DNA of 64,000 bases from an uncultured Elusimicrobia bacterium (GCA_903917735.1 CAIXBR010000093.1:936-64935); one strand, 5' to 3'; positions 27,684 through 36,805 are shown, numbered from the stretch's first letter. The notes: a model not told the origin generated them from the sequence alone. A program made the numbers and translations.

Positions 27684-28145
27684 TTAGAACGAGGTCCAGG
27701 GCTCAACAATGGCAGAGTTGTTCTGTCCTTTTATGTCCTCGTGGGTGCAGCCAGCCACGAAGGTTCCCCACACTGCGCTGTTGGACTGGACATTGAAGTA
27801 AGCCCAGCCGCCGGCATCGCCGGCATACGCCGTGCCGCCCTGAGCGGTAACGACCTTAGTGTCGGCATGGGTGGTGGCCGGCAGCTTTGCTAGCGGGATC
27901 TCGCTGATGTACTTGCCGTTGGTGGTAAGTATCGCCAGGGTGTCCGTCGGGAACATGCCTTCGTTGTCGCCGTAGTACACCTGCAGCGCGCTGCGCACGG
28001 AGGAAAGAGCGCCTTTTGTAGCGCCTTCCTTTGCTTTATTGATGAGGTCGGAGAACTTCGGTATGGCTATTGCGGCCAGAATACCGATGATGGCGACCAC
28101 TATCATCAGTTCGATCAGGGTGAAGCCCTTTTTGTTATTCTTCAT
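27684..28145 (-). CDS. Type IV pilin / pseudopilin, copy 2
   Basis: Same class III signal; differs from copy 1 at 6 of 153 residues; ATG chosen by RBS spacing. Confidence 0.93.
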   Translation of the reverse strand: MKNNKKGFTLIELMIVVAIIGILAAIAIPKFSDLINKAKEGATKGALSSVRSALQVYYGDNEGMFPTDTLAILTTNGKYISEIPLAKLPATTHADTKVVTAQGGTAYAGDAGGWAYFNVQSNSAVWGTFVAGCTHEDIKGQNNSAIVEPWTSF

Positions 28146-28246
28146 TGAGTACACGTCCTCCTTAAGTTTCCCCCCATGGATAATGTATAAATAACGTCCT
28201 CAGAGAGTGTAATAAATTTATATTAATAATCGCACACTTGTCAAAT

Positions 28247-28269
28247 AAAAATCCCCTTTCGGGGATTTC
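28247..28269 (-). terminator. Terminator after tRNA-Ser
   Basis: Minus strand AAATCCCC-gaaa-GGGGATTTTT. Confidence 0.8.
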
Positions 28270-28286
28270 TCATTCCGTAAATTATA

Positions 28287-28373
28287 CGGAAGGGAAGGGA
28301 TTCGAACCCTTGATACCCTTGCGAGTATACAGACTTTCCAGGTCTGCGCCTTCAACCGCTCGGCCACCCTTCC
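28287..28373 (-). tRNA. tRNA-Ser(GGA)
   Basis: GGAAGGG/CCCTTCC acceptor, CAGAC-ctGGAaa-GTCTG, long variable arm, GGTTCGAATCC. Confidence 0.95.
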
Positions 28374-28503
28374 AATATTCCGCGCATGCAGCGTCCGCCG
28401 CTTACCCTCCCCGCACGAAAAGAACCGGGGCTTACGCACAACTTTTCGATTTCCGCCGGAACGCCTTATTCGCCGGTTTTATAATTTTAGGATATTTGAT
28501 AAG

Positions 28504-28992
28504 ATGAACACAATGGAGAAAGATGAAAAGAAGGACAAGATCGAGGCGGTCGCCACAAATCGCAAGGCCCGCCACGAGTACTTTATAACCGACACTTACG
28601 AGGCGGGGCTCGCCCTTGAGGGCCCTGAAGTGAAATCGCTGCGCCTGAAACAGGCCACCCTGACCTCCGCTTTCGCCAGGGCTGAAAAAGACGGACTGTA
28701 CCTGTACGGCCTGCACATAGCGCCCTACGCCTACAACACATTAAAGGAAATAGACCCGGTAAGGACCCGCAAACTTTTGCTCCGCCGGCCTGAAATACGC
28801 AAACTCACCGGCGCTCTGGCCACCAAAGGCATGACGCTTGTGGCTCTTGAAGTTTATTTCAAGAACGGCTGGGCAAAGGTGAGGCTGGGCCTTGCAAAAG
28901 GTAAGAGGTCGGCGGACAAGCACGAGTCGATCAAGAAACGCGACATTGACCGCGAGATGAGAAGGGAATTCAAGGACAAGTTCAAAGGCTGA
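28504..28992 (+). CDS. smpB: SsrA-binding protein
   Basis: NRKARHEY, EAGLALEGPEVKSLR, RTRKLLL, AKGKR. Confidence 0.96.
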   Translation: MNTMEKDEKKDKIEAVATNRKARHEYFITDTYEAGLALEGPEVKSLRLKQATLTSAFARAEKDGLYLYGLHIAPYAYNTLKEIDPVRTRKLLLRRPEIRKLTGALATKGMTLVALEVYFKNGWAKVRLGLAKGKRSADKHESIKKRDIDREMRREFKDKFKG

Positions 28993-29026
28993 GCCGGACG
29001 TTCAGTCTGCCATAAGCTATAAGCCT

Positions 29027-29064
29027 AAAAAGAGAAGGTCCGGGAGCTCCGGGCCTTCTCTTTT
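29027..29064. terminator. Bidirectional terminator
   Basis: AAAAGAGAAGG...CCTTCTCTTTT. Confidence 0.8.
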
Positions 29065-29080
29065 GTGCCTATGGCAGTTG

Positions 29081-29794
29081 TTAGAACCTTATCCCCGCGC
29101 TCGCGTTGAGGAGCGTGCTGTCATGTGTATAGGTAACCCCGCCCGCAAGATAAAAAAGGTTCAGCTTGGCCCTTAAGCCGGCCGAATACCGGACATTGGA
29201 TACGCGCACCGACGTGCCGGGCAAGGGCGGCGAGGAATTATCCATCTGGACTTCCAGCTTTGTCGAATCGACGCCTAGGCCGATATACGGCGAGACGCCC
29301 GGGACATTAAGCGAACAGACCAGGCTGGTGTTAAAATGCACCGCGTTGAAATATTTATGCGCGGCCATGCTGCCCATTACAATAAGCATCGCGTTGATAT
29401 GGTATTTCTCATCGGAGACGTTCCACAGTCCGTAACGCAGGCCCCCGCCCGCCACGGTTACCCCCTCGTAGGAGCCCGCGCGCACGAAGCCGTCTATGCG
29501 GTAAGGCATACCGATTTCGGCCTGCACGAACCTAAGACCGAAAGCGCTGTGATCCCTGAGCACGGTGTTCATGGGAGAAGGCTCTAACTGCTCTACGGTC
29601 CGGACGCCTATATCGAAGCCGGAAAAGCCAAGCGGCCGGGCAGTCTGGTTCAGCCCGGAACCTAGCAGGCCGCCCAAGTCGCGCGCGAAAGGCCGCAGCT
29701 GGTAGACAGCGATATTGCGAAAACCGTCGTACTCGGCTGCATTGGTCAGCGAGACGGCGAAAAGCAGGGCGCAGGCAAGCACGATTTTAAGCAT
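29081..29794 (-). CDS. Putative outer-membrane beta-barrel protein
   Basis: Signal peptide, amphipathic beta pattern, PYIGLG, C-terminal Phe (GIRF). Confidence 0.6.
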   Translation of the reverse strand: MLKIVLACALLFAVSLTNAAEYDGFRNIAVYQLRPFARDLGGLLGSGLNQTARPLGFSGFDIGVRTVEQLEPSPMNTVLRDHSAFGLRFVQAEIGMPYRIDGFVRAGSYEGVTVAGGGLRYGLWNVSDEKYHINAMLIVMGSMAAHKYFNAVHFNTSLVCSLNVPGVSPYIGLGVDSTKLEVQMDNSSPPLPGTSVRVSNVRYSAGLRAKLNLFYLAGGVTYTHDSTLLNASAGIRF

Positions 29795-29818
29795 TTTTAT
29801 AGTCTCCCCGGCATAAAT

Positions 29819-31630
29819 CTAATCTTTTTCAGCGGCGCCGCCAAGTACTTCCTTGACCGTGGTAAGCCCCATCAGCACCTTTTCCAGCCCGTCCATGGCT
29901 ATGGTGCGCATCCCGTTCTTCATGGCTATTTCTTTAACCGGGATCGCGGAAGGGTCTTTCAGTAGCTGCAGGCGGATCTCTTCGTTCAGGACAAGCAGCT
30001 CGTGCATACCGACGCGGCCCTTGTAGCCGCTGCCTTTGCAAACCTCGCAGCCCTTAGCCCTGCACACCTTGGCTCCGGCGGGAACCTTTACGTTGTTCGC
30101 CTCGAAAACAGCCAATTCCTCGGGGGTCGGGTCCGCCTCCACCTTGCAGTCTTTGCAGAGGCGGCGCGCCAGGCGCTGGGCGAGCACCGCCTTCATGGTG
30201 TTGGCCACCACGAAGCGGGGCAGGCCCATCTGGGTGAGGCGTTCCAGCGCCGAAGGGGCGTCGTTGGTGTGTATGGTCGAGAAGACCAAGTGGCCGGTCA
30301 TGGCGGCTTCCAGCGCTATATGCGCCGTTTCCTCGTCACGGATTTCGCCGACCATGATCACGTCCGGGTCCAGGCGCATGAAGGAACGCAGCGCGGAAGC
30401 GAAGTCGAACTTTTTGTTACCGCCCAGGCTCACGTCGGGATTGACCGGGACCTGCACGATGCCGTCTATGTTGTACTCAACCGGGTTCTCGGCGGTGATT
30501 ATCTTGATGTCCGGACGGTTGACGTAGTTGAGGCAGGCGTAAAGAGTGGTGGACTTGCCGGAGCCTGTGGGCCCGCAGACCAGCACTAGGCCGAAGTTCT
30601 TCTTGCCGCCGATACCTGCGAACTGCTCAAGCAGTTTCTTCTCCGTATCCGGCAGGAAACCCATGATCTTTATGTCCACGCGCACGGAGGCGCGGTCGAG
30701 GATACGCATCACGCAGGACTCTCCGTAAACGGTCGGCACCATCTCCACGCGGAACTCTATGGGGTTGCCCTTGGCGATTATCTGTATGCGCCCGCTCTGC
30801 GGGATGCGCCGCTCCGTGATGTTCATGGAGTTGGTCATGATCTTGATCTTGGCGCTTATGGCCTGGCGGTAAGCCCAGGGCACAGAGAAGGAAGCCACGC
30901 GCAGCATGCCGTCTACGCGGTAGCGGATCAGGACCTTAGAATTCTTACCGTTGGGATCTTCGAACGGCTCAATATGGATGTCGGAGGCTTTGGTGCTGAG
31001 CGCGCCCAGTATGATGGCGTTCACCAGCTTCTCCACCTCGGGAGCGGTGGCGTCGATATCGCTGATGTCCTTTTTTTCGGCTTCCGCCGCCAGTGAAAAA
31101 GTTTCTTCCTCGCCGTCCGCTTTATGGTCGGCCTGGGACTGGGCGACGGACTCCACAAGCTGGGCAACCTGGGCGCTGTCCTGCTTGCCGTATACGGTGT
31201 CCAGGATCTTGAGGACCCAGGTAGCCAGGGCCAGGTACGGCTTAACGTCAAGGCCGGTGCGCAGGCCGATATCCTCCACAATAAGGAAGTCCCGCGGGTC
31301 CGACATGGCGAGAAAAAGAGAGTTGTCCTGGCGGGCGAAAGGGACACAAAGCTGTTTGCGGGCGACCGCTTCGGGCAGGAGCTGCACCACGTCAGCCGGT
31401 GCTTCCATCTTTGAAAGGTCTACGGCTTTAAAACCCCATTCGTCGGCAAGGACTTTGAGAAGCTTCAGGTCAGGCAGGAGTTTTTGTTCGAGGATCACCT
31501 GCTGTACCGACTTATTTTCGGCTTTCGCCGTATCTTCGGCCGCCTTGTACTGCGCTTCAGGGACAAGTTTGTCCTCTATGAGGATCTCCCTCATGTTACG
31601 TTTGCGCTGTAGTCCTTTTGGTACCGCCAT
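29819..31630 (-). CDS. pilB: Type IV pilus assembly ATPase PilB/GspE
   Basis: ASDIHIEP, GPTGSGKST Walker A, DPDVIMVGEIRD, TGHLVFSTIH, tetra-Cys motif. Confidence 0.92.
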   Translation of the reverse strand: MAVPKGLQRKRNMREILIEDKLVPEAQYKAAEDTAKAENKSVQQVILEQKLLPDLKLLKVLADEWGFKAVDLSKMEAPADVVQLLPEAVARKQLCVPFARQDNSLFLAMSDPRDFLIVEDIGLRTGLDVKPYLALATWVLKILDTVYGKQDSAQVAQLVESVAQSQADHKADGEEETFSLAAEAEKKDISDIDATAPEVEKLVNAIILGALSTKASDIHIEPFEDPNGKNSKVLIRYRVDGMLRVASFSVPWAYRQAISAKIKIMTNSMNITERRIPQSGRIQIIAKGNPIEFRVEMVPTVYGESCVMRILDRASVRVDIKIMGFLPDTEKKLLEQFAGIGGKKNFGLVLVCGPTGSGKSTTLYACLNYVNRPDIKIITAENPVEYNIDGIVQVPVNPDVSLGGNKKFDFASALRSFMRLDPDVIMVGEIRDEETAHIALEAAMTGHLVFSTIHTNDAPSALERLTQMGLPRFVVANTMKAVLAQRLARRLCKDCKVEADPTPEELAVFEANNVKVPAGAKVCRAKGCEVCKGSGYKGRVGMHELLVLNEEIRLQLLKDPSAIPVKEIAMKNGMRTIAMDGLEKVLMGLTTVKEVLGGAAEKD

Positions 31631-31730
31631 GATCAATCAATTATTATAGATATATTAGTTATTGGTTACAAGTTAGTCCCTGGATTTTAATACGGGTTTC
31701 CGGATATCTCATAAAAAAACCGCAACCCCT

Positions 31731-32072
31731 TTAAGCCCTGAACTCCAGGAGGTCTCCCGTTTCAATGCGGCCGGCGGCGCGGCCGGCAGGGAGTTCAAGC
31801 ACGCCGCGCGCGCCGTACACCCACGGTGAAAAACGCCAGGTCTTCAGATTTTCTATGACGCGCAGCACCTTCAGCTCTTCATCCAGGAAAACCGCATCGA
31901 TAGGGAAGCTCATGAAGCACATATGTATCATGGCGCAGGGTTCCAGCCAAAGTCCTTCCTCCGCGCCAAGCGAACGCCGGGGGATCAGGCCGAAAAGCCG
32001 GCCGGAGAAAGTGTCCGCCCTTGCGGCCGCCCCGCTGACCGCTGATTTTTTGGTCCTGTTAAAAACTATCAT
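31731..32072 (-). CDS. DUF192 family protein
   Basis: RLFGL, IHMCFMSFPIDAVFLD, VLELPAG. Confidence 0.85.
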   Translation of the reverse strand: MIVFNRTKKSAVSGAAARADTFSGRLFGLIPRRSLGAEEGLWLEPCAMIHMCFMSFPIDAVFLDEELKVLRVIENLKTWRFSPWVYGARGVLELPAGRAAGRIETGDLLEFRA

Positions 32073-32087
32073 AAATTGATGCTGCGG

Positions 32088-33716
32088 CTAACGGATAAGG
32101 GCTAATTTGCCGACGGCGGAACTTTTGTCCGTCTTGATCCTGAAAATATAGATCCCGCTGGCGACGGCCGCGCCGGCGTCATTCCTGCCGTCCCACTCCA
32201 GGGCCTCCAGTTTTTTAACAAGTTCCCCCTCCGAGGTGTAGATCTTGAGTTCCAGGCCCGGGGCCGCCATATCCTCCGGCACGGTGAAAGTCACCAGGCG
32301 CTGGGTTTTGGGCCTGAAAGGGTTCGGGTAGGCCACGGCCTTTTTTGAGCCGGCGAACTGCGTCGAGCCGGTCACGGACAGACGCAGCGCCTTTAACGCG
32401 TTTATCTGGCCCCAGCCAAAATTCCTGTCCGGACCGGGGTCACCGAGGTCGTCGGCGGAATTCTTTATCACGCCGAATACTTGGCCGGGGCTGTATAAAG
32501 GCTTGGCGGACCAAAGCAGCGCCGCCAAGCCCGCGGCCATGGGAGAAGAGAAAGAGGTACCGGAAACCGAAGTGTAGCCGCCGCCGACGGTGGTAGTGTA
32601 AATATCCACACCCGGCGCCGTAAGGCCTTTAACGGCCATGGTGGAATCCGTGTTTGAGAAAGAAGCCAGCCTGTCCTGCTGGTCAGTGGCCCCGACGGCT
32701 ACGACTCCGGGACAGCTGGCGGGGGTGTCGATAAGAGTGTCGCCGCCGTTTCCGGCCGCCGCGAAAATCATCACCCCGGCGTTGACGGCCGTTTTTACGC
32801 CGTTATAGAGGACTCCGGCCTCACAGTCACCGCAATCCGCGTTAGGGCAGCCCAGGCTCATATTGGCTATTATTTTCCCGTATCCGGGCGTATTGTTCTT
32901 TGAGGCCAGGAAAGCCAGCGCGTCTGCCATAGCCCAGTCGTCGGTTCCGCAGGCATTGGCGTCGCAGTCCGCCGGGCAGTCGCCGGTCCGGAAAACCCTC
33001 ATGGACAAAAGCCTGGCCCCCCAGCTCATTCCCGCTATTCCAAGAGCATTATCACCCAGGGCCGCCGCAACTCCGGCCACGGAAGTCCCGTGGTAGCAAG
33101 CCTGTGCGGGCGCAGCTTCGGGAATGCAGGCCGAATTATCCGTGCCAATAAATTTATTGGCTCCGGGATCGCAGAATTGACTTACAGAATCCGCAAATTT
33201 TCCGGCAAATTCCGGATGGGTACTGTCTATCCCGGTATCTATGACTGCCACCGTCACGCGGCTTGAAAAACCGGTCTCATACTCCCAGGCACCAAAAGCC
33301 TGGACCTGCGGCAGCGCGTACTGCCTGGATAGGTAAGTGTCGTTCGGGACTTTCTTTGCGCGGTAAACCCTGTCGGGCTCAACTTCCGAAACGAAACCAA
33401 AACTTTTCAAGGAGGAAAGGCCCTGTGCTACACCGACCGATACCGGCAGGCTGACCAGGTACCAGTCTCCATGCGGAGCCCTGCCGGAGAGGATAAAACC
33501 AGCCGCCGCAAGGGCAACGCTAGCAGAGGGAGTTGAAATACCGGAAGAGAATTTTACGGAAGCTACCCCCCCGGCAACTTCCATGGAGGAAGTTTTGCCG
33601 GAGGAAACCGAGAAGCGCGCAAGGCGCTCTATTTTGAGGGCAAAAACGCGGCCGACCGGCACCGTGCAAAGCAGGAAGATCAGGGGCCAGGCGGCCGCGC
33701 CGCGCGGAACCTTCAT
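32088..33716 (-). CDS. Secreted S8 subtilase with C-terminal FlgD-Ig / T9SS-CTD-like domain
   Basis: Triad DTG, HGT, GTSFS; tail YPNPF...WDGRND...SGIYIF...KLALIR; TAATG overlap with the upstream gene. Confidence 0.88.
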   Translation of the reverse strand: MKVPRGAAAWPLIFLLCTVPVGRVFALKIERLARFSVSSGKTSSMEVAGGVASVKFSSGISTPSASVALAAAGFILSGRAPHGDWYLVSLPVSVGVAQGLSSLKSFGFVSEVEPDRVYRAKKVPNDTYLSRQYALPQVQAFGAWEYETGFSSRVTVAVIDTGIDSTHPEFAGKFADSVSQFCDPGANKFIGTDNSACIPEAAPAQACYHGTSVAGVAAALGDNALGIAGMSWGARLLSMRVFRTGDCPADCDANACGTDDWAMADALAFLASKNNTPGYGKIIANMSLGCPNADCGDCEAGVLYNGVKTAVNAGVMIFAAAGNGGDTLIDTPASCPGVVAVGATDQQDRLASFSNTDSTMAVKGLTAPGVDIYTTTVGGGYTSVSGTSFSSPMAAGLAALLWSAKPLYSPGQVFGVIKNSADDLGDPGPDRNFGWGQINALKALRLSVTGSTQFAGSKKAVAYPNPFRPKTQRLVTFTVPEDMAAPGLELKIYTSEGELVKKLEALEWDGRNDAGAAVASGIYIFRIKTDKSSAVGKLALIR

Positions 33717-34243
33717 TACTTGGATTTCTTCGTCCAAGCCGCAATCACAGCCGATTCCACAGCGCTTTTGAAAGCGGGGTTGGAGAAAGCGACTTCGTCT
33801 GGGAAGGCTACCCAGAAAGCGCCGGGTTCCTTGGAGGAGACCATCACCCCGGCCACTACCAGCAGGTCCCCGTCGAAGGAGATATCGGCGTTGGCTACGC
33901 GGGTCTTGGACTTGAGTGGGTGGAAAGCGCCGACTTTAACTTTCGGCGCGGCAGGCGCCTTGGCGGGTTTTACGCAGCCGTTCTTAAAGCAGGCCTCTAT
34001 CTTGAGATACAACTTCTTCGAGAGCAGTTTTACGTCGGAGAATGTCTTCCCCTTACTCTCGGTGACAGGCATAACCACGGCGGCTTTTTCATAAGAAACG
34101 CCGTTGACGGTCAGCTCCGAGAATGCGAAGTCCGCTTTGGCGGCCCCTTTCACTTCCACGGGCACGGTCCCGGTCACTTCCAGCGCATGCGCCGCGGCCG
34201 AGAAGGCCAGGCAGAGAGCGAATATTTCAGCGAGTCTTTTCAT
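33716..34243 (-). CDS. Exported protein with two SpoVG-like repeats
   Basis: Signal peptide ending AHA; VVMP..KGKTFSDV and ANADISFDG..FWVAFP..AVIAAW resemble SpoVG (ASITFD..LFVAMP..AVLEAY). Confidence 0.5.
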   Translation of the reverse strand: MKRLAEIFALCLAFSAAAHALEVTGTVPVEVKGAAKADFAFSELTVNGVSYEKAAVVMPVTESKGKTFSDVKLLSKKLYLKIEACFKNGCVKPAKAPAAPKVKVGAFHPLKSKTRVANADISFDGDLLVVAGVMVSSKEPGAFWVAFPDEVAFSNPAFKSAVESAVIAAWTKKSK

Positions 34244-34916
34244 TTGTCCTCCTGACTATTTCAACAAGGTCGTGTATATCGTCCAGTTCATAATCCGCGC
34301 CGGACACCTTGGTGTCGAACTCGTTGCCGTACTTAGCCCAGGCGGTCTGCATCCCGAAAGCTTTGGCGCCCTTTATGTCCCGCTCGGCCCAGTCCCCCAC
34401 CATGATGGCGGCGGCCGGCTCAACTTCCATCAACGCTAGTATTTTTTTGAACGGCTTCGGGGAAGGCTTTTTCTCCCCGGTATCGTCGAAGGTGACCACG
34501 TGCTCGAAGTAATGGTGGAGGCCCAGGCCGACGATGCGCATCCACACGCTCAGGCGCGGCGCGTCGGAAACCACGCCCATGCGCACGCCGCTTTTCAGCA
34601 GGTCCGTAAGCGTCATATTCACGTGCGGGTAGAGGGTCATGTGGCCCTCTTTGGCGCGCTTGTAGCCTATGATGCCGGCGGCGAGGATCTTGTAATCCAC
34701 CTTGCCGAATTCCTTGGCAAGCACCTTGTCGAAGATGTTCTGGTCCTCTATGCCTTCGGCCCAATAGATCTTGAAGATCTTGTCGACCAGCTCCTGCTTC
34801 GGGACCCTGAGGCCGGCGTCTATCATGGCGTCGGCGGCCGCGTCCACGGACGCGCGCTTCATGCGCATGAAGTCCATCAGGGTATTGTCAATATCGAAGA
34901 TAACGGCTTTTATCAT
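34227..34916 (-). CDS. HAD-IA family hydrolase
   Basis: FDIDNTL, VVSD, KKPSP, MVGDWAERDI. Confidence 0.9.
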   Translation of the reverse strand: MIKAVIFDIDNTLMDFMRMKRASVDAAADAMIDAGLRVPKQELVDKIFKIYWAEGIEDQNIFDKVLAKEFGKVDYKILAAGIIGYKRAKEGHMTLYPHVNMTLTDLLKSGVRMGVVSDAPRLSVWMRIVGLGLHHYFEHVVTFDDTGEKKPSPKPFKKILALMEVEPAAAIMVGDWAERDIKGAKAFGMQTAWAKYGNEFDTKVSGADYELDDIHDLVEIVRRTNEKTR

Positions 34917-35006
34917 AAGTCAGTAAGTCCGGAGGCCTGCGTGTCGCAACTGTGCCTGTCTAAAGTCCGGCCGGGCGTCTCTCAATTCCCGGCCCGGGAG
35001 TCTCGA

Positions 35007-35582
35007 CTATTTTTTCGGCTCCGTGTAGCGCTCCACGTAAGCCATCGTGCGGGTGTCCACGCGCACCTTGTCGCCCTCTTTGATGAACATAGGGACCTTG
35101 ATCTCAAGGCCGGTGGAGACCTTCGCCAGCTTCAGCGTGTTGGAGACCGTGTCGCCCCTGACGCCGTCCACGGTTTCCGTTATTTCCATGATCAGGTTGG
35201 CGGGCAGCTGCACGTCGAAGAAGACCCCGTTCAGGTAAAGCCCTTCAACGGGCATATTCTCGGTAAGGAACTTCATCTTGTCGCCGAGCTTCTCCAGCGG
35301 CAGGCCGGCCTGGTCGTAGGTCTCGTCGTCCATGAAGTAGGCTAGTCCTCCGTCGGCGTAGACATAGGTCTTAGGGCGCTTTTCCACCATCACGTCCTTG
35401 AACTTGTCCTCGGGCCGGTAAGCGGTCTCGATTATGGACCCGGTCTCCACGTTCTTTAGTTTTACGCGCACCACGGCGCGGGCCTGGGATTTGCGGTGAT
35501 GCTGCACGGTCATAACCTCTACGGTCTGGCCGTTCTCGTTTATAAACATATTGCCTTCTTTGAATTGAGTAGCGAGTATCAT
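35007..35582 (-). CDS. efp: Elongation factor P
   Basis: VRVKLKNVETG, FMDDETYDQ, GVRGDT, STGLEIKVPMFI..GD..VDTR. Confidence 0.93.
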   Translation of the reverse strand: MILATQFKEGNMFINENGQTVEVMTVQHHRKSQARAVVRVKLKNVETGSIIETAYRPEDKFKDVMVEKRPKTYVYADGGLAYFMDDETYDQAGLPLEKLGDKMKFLTENMPVEGLYLNGVFFDVQLPANLIMEITETVDGVRGDTVSNTLKLAKVSTGLEIKVPMFIKEGDKVRVDTRTMAYVERYTEPKK

Positions 35583-35664
35583 GTGTGTCTCCTAATTTTC
35601 AGTTTAAAAGTCTAAGAGTCCCGGTCCCGGGAGCCTAAGGACTAAAATTTTTCCAAGGCGCGGC

Positions 35665-36711
35665 TCATGCCGCCTGCGGGCCCCCGGCCTGATAGGCCAT
35701 CATCTTCAGCGCCAATATGCGTTTTTCCATCGGAGGATGCGTGGCGAGCAGGTCGGCGGCAAAGCCCGCCTTTTCCTCTATCAGGCTTCCGCGCGGGTCC
35801 GTAATGCACATATGCGCCACGCCGTTGTTTATGGCGACGGTAGGCATTACCGCCGCCCTTATCTTCTCCAGGGCGGCCACCAGGGACAGCGGGTTGCGCG
35901 TAAGCTCCGCCGCGCTGGCGTCGGCCAGGAACTCCCTCTGGCGCGAAACCGCCATGGCCAGCAGGCGCGAAAGCAGAGGAGCCAGCATTATAAGCACTAC
36001 CCAGATCACAAAAAAGATCAGCATGGCGGCGCCGCCGCGTTTCCCCTCGCTGCGGGACGAGCCGCTGTAGGAACTTCCGCGTCCGCCGAAGCGCATGCTG
36101 CGGCCGGCAAAATCGCTCAACAGCGTTATGGCCCCTATCAGTCCCGCCAGAATGGTCATCAGGCGTATGTCATAGTTGCGGATATGGCTCATCTCGTGGG
36201 CCACCACGCCCTGCAGCTCCTCACGGTTCAGGGAGTCAAGCAGGCCTTCGGTAACGGCTATGACCGAATTTGAAGGGCCGGTTCCCGTGGCGAAGGCGTT
36301 CAGGTCCGGGTCCGGGACTATATAAGCCGCGGGTACAGAAAGCCCGGCGGCGGTAGCCATTTCCTCCACCACATTAAGCAGCTGCTTCTCCTTGTCGGAG
36401 ACCGGGACGGCGCGGCGGGCCATCGTGGAACGCAGGACCATGCCGGGGCCGTTAAGCAGGCTGTTGCCGGCTATCCCCAGGCCGACGAGCAGGGAGATTA
36501 TAGTGCCGAAGGGGACCCTTGAAGCTCCGGAAGGGCGCTGCGCCTCGTAATAGCCGGCCGGGTTCATACTCATCTGCGGCCCCCCGGCCGGACTGAAGTT
36601 AAGATAGAAATAATCGAAGCCCAGGCCCAGCACCAGAAAAAAAAACACGAAGACCGACACTATTACGGCCGTCATCCGCTTGTTGGAAGCCTGCTGCTCG
36701 TAAATATTCAT
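35665..36711 (-). CDS. htpX: HtpX-like M48 metalloprotease
   Basis: NAFATG, HEMSH, SRQREFLAD, THPP. Confidence 0.88.
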   Translation of the reverse strand: MNIYEQQASNKRMTAVIVSVFVFFFLVLGLGFDYFYLNFSPAGGPQMSMNPAGYYEAQRPSGASRVPFGTIISLLVGLGIAGNSLLNGPGMVLRSTMARRAVPVSDKEKQLLNVVEEMATAAGLSVPAAYIVPDPDLNAFATGTGPSNSVIAVTEGLLDSLNREELQGVVAHEMSHIRNYDIRLMTILAGLIGAITLLSDFAGRSMRFGGRGSSYSGSSRSEGKRGGAAMLIFFVIWVVLIMLAPLLSRLLAMAVSRQREFLADASAAELTRNPLSLVAALEKIRAAVMPTVAINNGVAHMCITDPRGSLIEEKAGFAADLLATHPPMEKRILALKMMAYQAGGPQAA

Positions 36712-36732
36712 TTGGAAAGCTTGACTGTCAGC

Positions 36733-36800
36733 CGGTTAGACGGATGAAAGGCAAAGCCATTCGCTCTATCCGTCCAACCGTCTATCCGCCGAACCCTATC
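36733..36800. repeat. Intergenic hairpin built of degenerate 8-mers
   Basis: CGGTTAGACGGAT...ATCCGTCCAACCG, followed by TCTATCCG copies. Confidence 0.55.
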
Positions 36801-36805
36801 TCATT

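Noticed and set aside
26871-28145. Diversity-generating retroelement TR/VR pair in the two pilins
   Set aside because: Differences are not adenine-specific, are largely synonymous, and there is no RT or Avd gene
28375-28500. tmRNA or SRP RNA beside smpB
   Set aside because: No tRNA-like acceptor or T arm, no tag reading frame and no SRP GGAAGG-AGCAG core
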